Assembly (NCBI GenBank): GCA_030754995.1 | Contig: JASLZG010000003.1 | Span: 1-43,884, forward strand | DNA: 43,884 nt | Direction: 5' to 3' | Origin: Lentisphaeria bacterium | GTDB taxonomy: Bacteria; Verrucomicrobiota; Lentisphaeria; JABSQK01; CAJWLW01 | Part shown: positions 17,855 through 26,224 of the stretch, one piece after another | Layout: each line of letters opens with the position of its first letter | Position numbering within the stretch: the first letter of the stretch is position 1 | Program-made: the position numbers and the translations under genes | Notes under the pieces: model-generated | The model's input: only the letters and a program-made list of their open reading frames with translations | Told to the model about the DNA's origin: nothing | Database searches by the model: none

Positions 17855-18832
17855 CTACAGGCCGAACAGCCGAGCTGCGTTGTTCCAGAAAATATCCTCG
17901 ACCGCGTTGTCGTCGAGACGTTCAGACCAGCAGGCGTGTTTGACTGAGCGCAGGTGTTCGAGCCCGATCAGGACCGGATCGATCTTCAGGTGTTTCTCGC
18001 CCCACACCGGGGATTCGTCATAGAGCCAGAGGAAGGTGTCCGCCGCGGCGAGGGACCGGCCGCGCAAGTGGGACACCGGCAGGTCCGAGCCGTACATCAA
18101 CTTGTCGTGGCCGATGATCCGGATGATGGCCTGGTGCGCCATCGGCTCGCAGTTGGCACTGGTGTCGAAGTACAGGTTGTCGAGCCCGGTGAGGTGCGGC
18201 AGTCCCTCGAGATTGTGGACCGGTTGAAAACCGCGCGCCGAATGGGCCAGGATCAGGCGCATATCCGGATAGGTTTCGCAGTATTTGCGGATCCAGTGAA
18301 TGTTGTCGGGATCAGCCACGGCGCGGGACTTCACCATATGCATGGTGATCGCCCAGCCCTCCTCATTGGCGACGGCGACCAGCGGCTCGGGCAGGAAGTC
18401 CGGAATGTCCGCCTCCCACGTCGGCGTCACATCGGCAAAGGAGTGATAGCACTTGAGACCGTGCATGCCGAAGCGCCTGACCTCCTGGCGCACCCATTCG
18501 GGATCGTCCCTGGGGGTGACGAGGAAAAGGCCGCGGCACTTTTCGCCACGCGCCGTCTGTTCTGCGTGCCAGGCATTGGTCTCACGCTGCGCCTCCTCGG
18601 CGCCCGGATCGGCATACGAGAGAAACAGCGCGCCGCCCGTGCGCTCGCCGTGCAGGTCGCCGACCGCATCCATGTATTCGTCGTGGCCGACGTCGACGGG
18701 GGTGCCTTCCATCGCCCCCCAGGCCGCCATGTACTGCCCGCGCCACAAGTGGCAGTGGGCGTCGAAGATCCTGTCGGGCAGGAAGGTGGCGAGCTCACGC
18801 TCAAAAAATTCCTCGTCGGCAGGTGTTCTCAT
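17855..18832 (-). CDS. Amidohydrolase_2 family metal-dependent hydrolase (TIM-barrel)
   Basis: From ATG (complement of 18830-18832, with GGAG 7 nt upstream) the protein begins MRTPADEEFFERELATFLPDRIFDAHCHLW, which contains the DxHxH metal motif. ITMHM, LILAHSARG and FDTS continue the family pattern. The longer track ORF runs into the neighbouring gene. Confidence 0.8.
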   Translation of the reverse strand: MRTPADEEFFERELATFLPDRIFDAHCHLWRGQYMAAWGAMEGTPVDVGHDEYMDAVGDLHGERTGGALFLSYADPGAEEAQRETNAWHAEQTARGEKCRGLFLVTPRDDPEWVRQEVRRFGMHGLKCYHSFADVTPTWEADIPDFLPEPLVAVANEEGWAITMHMVKSRAVADPDNIHWIRKYCETYPDMRLILAHSARGFQPVHNLEGLPHLTGLDNLYFDTSANCEPMAHQAIIRIIGHDKLMYGSDLPVSHLRGRSLAAADTFLWLYDESPVWGEKHLKIDPVLIGLEHLRSVKHACWSERLDDNAVEDIFWNNAARLFGL

Positions 18833-18887
18833 TGGATTCTCCAGGCCCTGGTTATGGTTGTGCCGGGCAATGGCATCCACTGCCGGA

Positions 18888-21632
18888 TCACCGGGTCGGC
18901 CGTATGCCGATCTGCGATGTGTCGATTGGTTCGAAACCGATATCAAAGGCGGGCGAGTCAGGCGCCAGCGTGTAGTCGTCGTTGTCCGGGTCGACGAATT
19001 TCGGATCGGCATAAACAGTGGCGGTGTCGAAGCCCAGCGAATGCCACCAGGCCATCGACGGGTCGTCGATTCGAGACCCCTCGCCCAACCGCTCGATCGC
19101 CTCCCCGGGCACCCCGCTAAAGGTTGTCGCGGCACCGCCCGGGGTCATGATCAGGTTGGCGTTCAGCTCGTCGAACACCGGCGCCAGGTCGAGCTTGCCG
19201 ATCGCGTTCAGCCGCATGTAATTGGCGTCCTCGGCGCTGTACGCGATGATATTGCGACAGAAACGCTGACCGCTCATTTCGCCGCCGAGCAGCAGGTAGA
19301 CCTGTGACTTCGAGGAGTCGACGAAGATGTTGTTCTCGACGACCGTGTTGCGGCAGTACCAACTGATCATCATGCCGCCGAGCGTGTTGCGGGCAACGAT
19401 GTTGCCGTACACCTGAATCTCCATCGGCGCGTTGTCGAAGTAGATGCCCCAACTGTAGTAGTGCGTCCACAACCGGCCGTCGCAATAGTCGATGCCGCCC
19501 GGTTCCGCCTTGATGCCGTAGGCGCCGCAACCGACGATGTCCATGACCCGGTTGTAGCGGATGATGGCGCCGGACGCCAACTGCGGGTCCAGCTCGGTGG
19601 TGTACCAGCGATTGGCCGTGATGCCGCCGGCATCGCACGTTTCCAGGCAGAGGTCGTGCAGCTCGTTGTACTCGATCACCAGCGGGCCCAGTCCACTCAT
19701 CAGGCCGATGCCGAAGCGCGGGCCGTGGTGGATGTGGTTGTGGCTGACCGTGACCTCCGCCGTGGCGACGCCGAAGAAGGCGATGCCGTTGGCATGTTTC
19801 TCGTAGACCCCGAAATGATGAATGTGATTGTCGCTGATCACGTGCCCGGTACTGCGCGGCCAGACCGCAACCGCCGGGGCCCGGTCCTCCGGCATCGTGT
19901 GCCACTCCGACGGTCCCGGCAGATCGCTGGAACAGACGTCGTGACGCGAGAAACCACTCTGCCTGTGGGCGATGAAGATGCCGTAGGCACCGGCGCCGTG
20001 GACGTGATTACGCGTCGCCGTCACACCGGTGTTCATGCCCGAAATTCGGATCGCATCACCGCCGACAGCGTCGAACTCGCAACCGGTGACGGCACAGTTG
20101 TCGGTGTACTCGAAGAGAAGCGCGACGCTGGCATTGGGCGTCTTGTAGTACGAGTCCGGTTTCGGCCAGCCGATCTGGTTTTGGGTGAACCGCAAATTCT
20201 CGAAGCGCACGAAACTGACCAACGCCCCGGTTTCCGGGCAGCCGCGCAGCTCGACCAGCCCCTCTGCCTGCGGCGCCGTCACGACTGCCTGCTCGATATC
20301 GATACCCGACGGCGGCCGGAAATACACTTTCCCCGCTTCCGCATCAAGGCACCATTCGCCGGCGTCCGTCAAATCTTCGAGATTGTTCTCGATACGAAAT
20401 CGATTGCCCGGCATAAGGTGCGTGGCACTGCCCAGTGTGTAGGCCGACATTCCCACCGGACGGCACAGATGGATCGTCCGGGTCGCCGCATCGACCGACC
20501 GCACCGGGATAATGTCGCTGACCCACGATTTGCCCGGCACCACAAAGACCTCTGCCTGGTGCGCCTTCGCGTATTCGGCCGGGAACGGATCGTCCTGCCA
20601 GGTGAAGGCGGCGGGATTACGGACGCTGCCGCGCACCGAGGCCAGGTCCGGTTCGCCGGCGGCGCTGACCAGTGAAACCGGATGACGCATTCCGCCGCCG
20701 CCGCTGTCGCAGTTGACCCTGACGGCAAACTCGTGAGCCTGTCCGGGCTTCAGGTGGCGGCGGATGTCGATCTTGAACGGGCGCTCCCAGAGCTCGTCGC
20801 CGGAGAGTCCGGTGGAAGCGTAGCTGTGTTCGAAAATCAACTCGCCGTCGAGGTAGACATAGGCCTCCTTGTCAACGGCGCCGAAGCACAGCCAGAGGTT
20901 CTGGCGCGAATCGAAATCCGCGGGCAGGGTCACCGTCGTGCGGTACCACGCCGTCCCGAGATATTCGTAGCCCTGCCGGACCCAATCCGTCTGCAGGCTG
21001 ATATCGGCCCACTCACCGGTGTCCGTCGCGGCACTGGCCCACTGCTGCCCCTCCCCGACACGGCCGGGGTCGGTGCGGAAACGCCAGGGGCCGAGCCGAC
21101 AGACGTCGACGCCGTCCATTGCGCCGCTGGAGTCGACCAGCTCATCGATGAATGCCCAGCCGTCGTACAGCGGATCCTCCGGGTTGTACTTCGGGCGACG
21201 GCTGCGCACCATGCGCCGGCCGTCGCAGAACAACTGCTTGAAACTCCAGATACCGCTGCGCACATCAGGGATATCGGCCACAAAAATACCGTCCGCGTGC
21301 GGCTGCCAGTTCGTGATGCGGCGGCCGGCGGTGATGGAAGCCTGCTCTCCCGGGTAGGAGCGATAGACAACCGGTGCGCCGCGGCGGCCCGAGTCACCGG
21401 CGGTCAAATGCAATGGCTCACTGAGGACATGGGCGCCCTGGCGCAGGTTGACCTCGGCGGCGCCGTTCACCTCGCCGTCGTACCGCAGTTTACGCAACCG
21501 GTTGCGGGCGCCGAACATTGTCGCCAGCGGCTCATCAATAGTGCCCGGCGCAGCATCGTCGCCTGCCGGAGCAACATAAAGTTTCGTTGCAGCTTCGGTC
21601 TGCATGTTGTTGACGTCCATCGATCGGTTCAA
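18888..21632 (-). CDS. Large right-handed parallel beta-helix protein with a GH2-like sugar-binding (galactose-binding-like) domain
   Basis: 914-aa ORF. KLYVAPAGDDAAPGTIDEPLATM is typical of N-termini in pectate-lyase-fold proteins. WYRTTVTLPADFDSRQNLWLCFGAVDKEAYVYLDGELIFEH resembles the GH2 N-terminal sugar-binding domain. Repeated NxxxxNN / HHFG-type turns occur, and the C-terminal YADPKFVDPDNDDYTLAPDSPAFDIGFEPID is typical of beta-helix proteins. The start is uncertain: TTG 21632, ATG 21620 or ATG 21605. Confidence 0.75.
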   Translation of the reverse strand: MNRSMDVNNMQTEAATKLYVAPAGDDAAPGTIDEPLATMFGARNRLRKLRYDGEVNGAAEVNLRQGAHVLSEPLHLTAGDSGRRGAPVVYRSYPGEQASITAGRRITNWQPHADGIFVADIPDVRSGIWSFKQLFCDGRRMVRSRRPKYNPEDPLYDGWAFIDELVDSSGAMDGVDVCRLGPWRFRTDPGRVGEGQQWASAATDTGEWADISLQTDWVRQGYEYLGTAWYRTTVTLPADFDSRQNLWLCFGAVDKEAYVYLDGELIFEHSYASTGLSGDELWERPFKIDIRRHLKPGQAHEFAVRVNCDSGGGGMRHPVSLVSAAGEPDLASVRGSVRNPAAFTWQDDPFPAEYAKAHQAEVFVVPGKSWVSDIIPVRSVDAATRTIHLCRPVGMSAYTLGSATHLMPGNRFRIENNLEDLTDAGEWCLDAEAGKVYFRPPSGIDIEQAVVTAPQAEGLVELRGCPETGALVSFVRFENLRFTQNQIGWPKPDSYYKTPNASVALLFEYTDNCAVTGCEFDAVGGDAIRISGMNTGVTATRNHVHGAGAYGIFIAHRQSGFSRHDVCSSDLPGPSEWHTMPEDRAPAVAVWPRSTGHVISDNHIHHFGVYEKHANGIAFFGVATAEVTVSHNHIHHGPRFGIGLMSGLGPLVIEYNELHDLCLETCDAGGITANRWYTTELDPQLASGAIIRYNRVMDIVGCGAYGIKAEPGGIDYCDGRLWTHYYSWGIYFDNAPMEIQVYGNIVARNTLGGMMISWYCRNTVVENNIFVDSSKSQVYLLLGGEMSGQRFCRNIIAYSAEDANYMRLNAIGKLDLAPVFDELNANLIMTPGGAATTFSGVPGEAIERLGEGSRIDDPSMAWWHSLGFDTATVYADPKFVDPDNDDYTLAPDSPAFDIGFEPIDTSQIGIRPTR

Positions 21633-21732
21633 CTGAAAGGACTATTGTCAGAATCTATGAAGACGGGAAGATATTGCTAATGTTTCCTCTATATTCATTT
21701 GGTTATTCACCTCCTACCCAAGCCTGTATCCA
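21633..21732. promoter_or_regulatory. AT-rich divergent intergenic region (probable promoters for 18888-21632 and 21733-24272)
   Basis: This 100-nt gap is visibly AT-rich against the GC-rich flanks (aggactattgtcagaatctatgaagacgggaagatattgctaatgtttcctctatattcatttggttattcac). It contains TATATT and GCTAAT -10-like hexamers. Confidence 0.4.
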
Positions 21733-22809
21733 ATGAAAATTGACCGTGTCTTCTTCCTGATTCACCCGGCTTGCTGGGCCTTGCACGACGGACATCCGGA
21801 CCTGGCAGAGCTGCAGCGGCAGGGTACACGACGCGCTTCGTTCTTCGCCGCCGATCACTGGGAACAACGGGTGATCGAGCTGCAGAAAAAGTTTATCGAA
21901 TCCCTCGGCCAGGGCGACGCGATGGTCATCTACCCGATCGGTGACACGCCGCCGATGTGCAGCCTCCTCGAAACCGCGCGCACGCACCTCGGTGACCGCT
22001 GCATCGTGCAACAGGCCTCGATCAACGTGGAGCCGGCGGCGCTGCACGACATGACCGAGCCGATCCGCCATTTCCTCGAGGACGAACTGCTCGAGGGCCG
22101 TGACGAGTTCTGGGACGTGATCCCCGAACATCTGCACGCGGAGATACATGATGACCTCCGCCGCGCCATCGCCGCGCACGGACATGACTGGGCACCACGT
22201 GCCTTGAAAGTGCTCTCCGGCAATCGCATCTATGCCGACGAGATCGCCCGTGAATTAACCCGGCTCGGTTGGGAGATCGACCCGAACACCGTCGAGTCCG
22301 TGGCATTCGGGGAAGGCTTCGAACAGTGCGCCATGGCGTGGAAGGCGATGGTCGGCGACTATCTCGGCTGGGCACGACCGATCGAGAACGATTTCCAGCT
22401 CTCAGTCAGTGGGGCACCATGCCTGTTCGATGCACAATTCCGGGAACGCCTCGATCTCGACCACGATATCCGCTTGTTCCTGTGGGAAAAACCGAACAAC
22501 CTGTGGCTCGGATTCTACGCCCGGTGCCGTGGCCGCCTGCACGAGCCGTATTATGTCGCGAACTTCGCACCCGGAGACACGGTGATAGAGGCAGTGGACA
22601 TTGCCGACAAGGTGCTGTGGCCGGCCGACGACTCAGTCGTCACGATGACCGACGATCGCCTGCGGGTGCCCGTACTCTCCGGACTGCGAATGCTGCCCGA
22701 CGAAGGACCGTGCTACCTGGTCGGATGTAACCACACATACGCGCAATTCCGCGACCTGCTTGCCGGCGCCCGCATCGAGCCCTTTAACCTCACCCCATCA
22801 AACTCATGA
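21733..22809 (+). CDS. Hypothetical cytoplasmic protein (358 aa), no recognised domain
   Basis: A clean ORF from ATG 21733. The stop TGA 22807-22809 overlaps ATG 22806 of the next gene (ATGA coupling). No TM segment, signal peptide or known motif was seen. Confidence 0.65.
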   Translation: MKIDRVFFLIHPACWALHDGHPDLAELQRQGTRRASFFAADHWEQRVIELQKKFIESLGQGDAMVIYPIGDTPPMCSLLETARTHLGDRCIVQQASINVEPAALHDMTEPIRHFLEDELLEGRDEFWDVIPEHLHAEIHDDLRRAIAAHGHDWAPRALKVLSGNRIYADEIARELTRLGWEIDPNTVESVAFGEGFEQCAMAWKAMVGDYLGWARPIENDFQLSVSGAPCLFDAQFRERLDLDHDIRLFLWEKPNNLWLGFYARCRGRLHEPYYVANFAPGDTVIEAVDIADKVLWPADDSVVTMTDDRLRVPVLSGLRMLPDEGPCYLVGCNHTYAQFRDLLAGARIEPFNLTPSNS

Positions 22810-24272
22810 AAGTATTTTCCGGCGGCATCGCCACGGAAACCAATATGTTTGCCCCGTCTCCCACCGGCATGGCCGACTACGATGTCATTCGCCCGGCCGA
22901 ACTGAAGACCGGCGGTACGGCAGCCGGTTTCGAGCAGACGATCAGAATCTGGAAGACGGAATCAGCTGAATGCGGGTGGGAATTCGCCTTCGGCCTGTTT
23001 GCCTTTGCGCAACCGGGAGGTGTTACGCCGCGGGCGGTGTACGAAAGCCTGCGAGACGAGCTGCTGGCGGCCCTCGAATCCGCGATGCCGGTCGACATCG
23101 TCCTGCTCTGTCTGCACGGCGCCATGGTCGCCGACGGCTACGACGACTGCGAAACCGATATCATCGCGCGGGTCCGCGAGATCGTCGGACCTGCCGCAAC
23201 GGTCGGGGTCGAGCTGGACCTGCACTGCGACGTCACGGCGCAGATGATCGGGCAGGCGGACGCGATTGTGCTGTTCAAGGAGTACCCGCACACGGACATT
23301 GGCGAGCGGGCACGCGATCTCTTTCGAATCATCGCAGACTGCGCAAAGGGCAAGGTTCGACCCGCCATGGCGCTGTTCGACTGCCGCATGATCGGCATGT
23401 ACCTGACGCCGTTCGAGCCGATGCGATCGTTCGTCGATGAGATGACCGCAATGGAAGGACAGAACGGTGTCCTGTCCCTGTCCGTCGTTCATTGCTTCCC
23501 GTGGGGCGACGTCCCGACGACGGGCACGCAGATCCTGGCGGTCACCGATGATGATCTCGAGCTGGCGAACCGGGTCGCCGAAGAACTGGGCCGCAAGTTT
23601 TTCGGCCTGCGCCATCAGTTGCAGGTTGACTCACCGGACATGCACACCGCCCTGGACAAGGCGCTGTCGAGCCCGGACAGCCCGGTGGTGGTCGCCGATC
23701 AGGCAGACAATGCCGGGGCCGGGGCGCCGAGCGATTCGACGTTCGTCCTGGGTGAACTGCTGCGCCGCGGGGCCGGCAACGCGGCACTGGGAATGATCTG
23801 GGATCCCATTGCCGTGCAGACGGCGATGGCGGCGGGGCAAGGAGCCACGTTGGACCTGCGCCTGGGCGGCAAGATGGGACCGATGTCGGGGGACCCGCTG
23901 GACCTGTCCGTGACGGTCACGGCGATCGTTCCGGACATGACCCAGGAGTGGCCCCAGGGCAGCGGGCCCCCGATGCAGTGTCCGGTGGGCAATGCCGTGG
24001 CCCTGCATTGCCGCGGCATCGACATCGTTGTCAACAGCAGGCGCAGCCAGGTCTTCAGCCCACAGGTGTTCAGCAAGTGCGGCATCGATCCGATGCAAAG
24101 GCAGTTGCTGGTCGTGAAATCGACCCAGCACTTTTATGCCGGCTTCGAGCCGATTGCGGCCCTGATCATCTACATGTCGGCGCCCGGCGCCGTGCCGCCG
24201 CACTTCATCAAGATCCCGTACACCAGGGTCGATACCCACAAGTTTCCGTGGGTCGACAATCCATTTGAGTGA
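22806..24272 (+). CDS. M81 family metallopeptidase (MlrC / microcystinase C-like)
   Basis: The N-terminal GGIATETNMFAP (ETNxF motif), LHGAMVADGYDDCE, KEYPHTD and ADQADNAGAGAPSDST correspond to MlrC-family signatures (DUF1485 plus the MlrC C-terminal domain). Confidence 0.8.
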   Translation: MKVFSGGIATETNMFAPSPTGMADYDVIRPAELKTGGTAAGFEQTIRIWKTESAECGWEFAFGLFAFAQPGGVTPRAVYESLRDELLAALESAMPVDIVLLCLHGAMVADGYDDCETDIIARVREIVGPAATVGVELDLHCDVTAQMIGQADAIVLFKEYPHTDIGERARDLFRIIADCAKGKVRPAMALFDCRMIGMYLTPFEPMRSFVDEMTAMEGQNGVLSLSVVHCFPWGDVPTTGTQILAVTDDDLELANRVAEELGRKFFGLRHQLQVDSPDMHTALDKALSSPDSPVVVADQADNAGAGAPSDSTFVLGELLRRGAGNAALGMIWDPIAVQTAMAAGQGATLDLRLGGKMGPMSGDPLDLSVTVTAIVPDMTQEWPQGSGPPMQCPVGNAVALHCRGIDIVVNSRRSQVFSPQVFSKCGIDPMQRQLLVVKSTQHFYAGFEPIAALIIYMSAPGAVPPHFIKIPYTRVDTHKFPWVDNPFE

Positions 24273-24404
24273 TCGGTGGCCCCATGGCGGTGAACGATTT
24301 TTTGCCACGCCGGCAGCGACGTTCCAACTCTCCGCCTTGACTGTGTTGCAACCCAAACTAAACTGATTCAGGCAGATTCACTGCCAACACAAGAAGGGGG
24401 TATC

Positions 24405-24743
24405 ATGTATTCGATTTTCGTTACGCTCGACATCGAGCCTGAGTACATCGATCGGTTCAAGGAGGTGAGCCTGGGAGACGCCCAGGGCGCCGTGCGCGAC
24501 GAACCGGGATGCTTTACGTTTGCCATCAATCAGGACGAGGAAATACCGACGCGTTTCTACCTCTATGAAGTATACCGCGACGAAGCGGCCTTCCAGGAAC
24601 ACCTGGAAACACCGCACTTCAAGGAATGGCTTGCCGCGGCAAATCCCATATTCGCGGGACCGAGATCGAAGGTGATCATGAACACGGTCTTCCCCTCCGA
24701 CGCCGGCCTTGAAAAACAGAAGCCGGGGCTGCTCGACTGGTAG
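24405..24743 (+). CDS. Antibiotic biosynthesis monooxygenase (ABM) domain protein / putative quinol monooxygenase
   Basis: 112 aa, with AAGGGGG upstream. FTFAINQDEEIPTRFYLYEVYRDEAAFQEHLETPHFKEW is the typical ABM/YgiN-like core (F.LyE.Y.d..A...H..t.H). Confidence 0.75.
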   Translation: MYSIFVTLDIEPEYIDRFKEVSLGDAQGAVRDEPGCFTFAINQDEEIPTRFYLYEVYRDEAAFQEHLETPHFKEWLAAANPIFAGPRSKVIMNTVFPSDAGLEKQKPGLLDW

Positions 24744-24771
24744 ACACGGCTGCCCGCCCGCCACCAGTTCG

Positions 24772-24793
24772 ATCCTCGGCAGCGGACGAGGAT
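24772..24793. terminator. Hairpin between convergent genes (candidate bidirectional terminator)
   Basis: atcctcg-gcagcgga-cgaggat forms a 7-bp perfect stem with an 8-nt loop, located between the stops at 24743 (+) and 24797 (-). There is no flanking T-run. Confidence 0.3.
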
Positions 24794-24796
24794 TGC

Positions 24797-25999
24797 CTAC
24801 GGCACCCCCGCCAGAACCTCGATCTCGGTCAAGCAGGAAGGAAAGCCGTCACCGCAGATCCCCTGGCCGGCAGCAGCAGTGGTCAGTTGCGCCGTGATCT
24901 CGTCAACTACTTGATTGATATTGGTGTATGGCGCCCCGGCGCAGAGTCCGTCAAGCACGACGGTGTGCAGGTCAACGCAATCGATGCACGGCGGGCTGCC
25001 GCCGGAGACCTGGGCAACGCCGATCTTGTTGGTCAGGAAAAACAGCGGGATATTGGACAGCAACGAACCACCGCCAACCCCGAATATCTCGACGCCCTGC
25101 AAAGAACGGGCAGCGTACACCCGCGAGTTGTTGGAGGTGACGGCGATGCCGGCGCCAGGGGTCCCCTGGGCGGTGCTGCCGGTGAAACCGCCGACGATCG
25201 CGGCGGTCGCGGTGTCGATGATCTCGACCGGAATACCGTTGCTGTGGGAAACGTAAAGCGTCGTGCCCGCAGGGTTGAGTGCGATCCCGGTCGGGCCGGT
25301 GGCCACCGGGATCGTCGAGACGTCCGACGTGTTGACATCGATCACCACGACATCGCCGTTGTTTTGGTGGACCGTATAGAGCCTGCTGCCGTCCGGGGTG
25401 ATCTCGAGCGCCCCATTGCCGTCCTGCAACGTCGCCGGAATCGATCCGCTAACGGCGTTGGTGGCGGTGTCGATAACCGTGATCGCGTTCGTCGTGACCG
25501 CATGTGACACATAGAGTGTCAAGCCATCCGGTGAAATCGCGATACCGGTCGGATTAACCGGCACGGTGATTGACTCGGTGACCGTGTTCGTCGCGGTGTC
25601 GATCACATAAACGAGGTCTGACCCGTTGGCGTCGAACGTCGCGTACACCACGCTGCCGTCGGAGTTGAAGGCGAAATCCGAAACCGCCCCGTTTGACGAT
25701 GCGAATGAAGTGATGAGCGTATTCGTCGTGCCGTTGATTGCCGAAATGGCACCCGAGAGTTCCGGGCCGACATAGACCTTGGTGCCGTCAGGCGATACGC
25801 CGACGCCACGATTGCTGTTGGCCGCGAAAATAGTCGTCACCAGGGTGTCGGTGGCGGTGTCGATCACGTCCACTTGCGACGACGTCTGGTCTGTCACATA
25901 CGCGAAGGATGCCGCGAAGACGGGAATGACAACGGCAAAAAAAGCGCAGACCAATACATACACACCAAAGCTGCGTGCCACCGGGTGGGTTGGGGGCAT
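24797..25999 (-). CDS. YVTN-family beta-propeller repeat protein with N-terminal signal/anchor and Cys-rich C-terminal tail
   Basis: From ATG (complement of 25997-25999, with AAGGA upstream) the protein begins MPPTHPVARSFGVYVLVCAFFAVVIPVFAASFAYV. Repeats of the type YV(T/S)..........V.VIDTATN......I.V...P.GIA.SPDG..LYV occur about 7 times. Confidence 0.75.
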   Translation of the reverse strand: MPPTHPVARSFGVYVLVCAFFAVVIPVFAASFAYVTDQTSSQVDVIDTATDTLVTTIFAANSNRGVGVSPDGTKVYVGPELSGAISAINGTTNTLITSFASSNGAVSDFAFNSDGSVVYATFDANGSDLVYVIDTATNTVTESITVPVNPTGIAISPDGLTLYVSHAVTTNAITVIDTATNAVSGSIPATLQDGNGALEITPDGSRLYTVHQNNGDVVVIDVNTSDVSTIPVATGPTGIALNPAGTTLYVSHSNGIPVEIIDTATAAIVGGFTGSTAQGTPGAGIAVTSNNSRVYAARSLQGVEIFGVGGGSLLSNIPLFFLTNKIGVAQVSGGSPPCIDCVDLHTVVLDGLCAGAPYTNINQVVDEITAQLTTAAAGQGICGDGFPSCLTEIEVLAGVP

Positions 26000-26070
26000 G
26001 ATAAATCCTTGTAGACAGCTGGGTTGGGCTGGATAGCTGGATGGTAGACCACACAACTGCCCCGATTATC

Positions 26071-26125
26071 GGAAAATTGTCACGAAATTGCAAGTAAAAA
26101 TCCCCGGCCGTGGAAAATCCGTCAC
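26071..26125 (+). promoter_or_regulatory. Two GGAAAAT-N(1-2)-GTCAC direct repeats upstream of the ALDH gene
   Basis: ggaaaattgtcac lies at 26071-26083 and ggaaaatccgtcac at 26112-26125, in the 225-nt divergent gap between the YVTN gene and the ALDH gene. Confidence 0.25.
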
Positions 26126-26224
26126 CAGGCAGCAGGCATATCTGCACCCCCCAGTTATATTGCCGGTCCGCAAACCCCCGGTAACCGCGCACCCAACGCG
26201 CCATCGATCTGAGAGGAACGAAAA

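Noticed and set aside
24761-24795. tRNA-like T-loop string (agttcgatcc) in the gap after the ABM gene
   Set aside because: The flanking bases do not form a T-stem, acceptor stem or anticodon arm. The region is better explained as a simple 7-bp hairpin between convergent genes. I found no tRNA elsewhere in the window.
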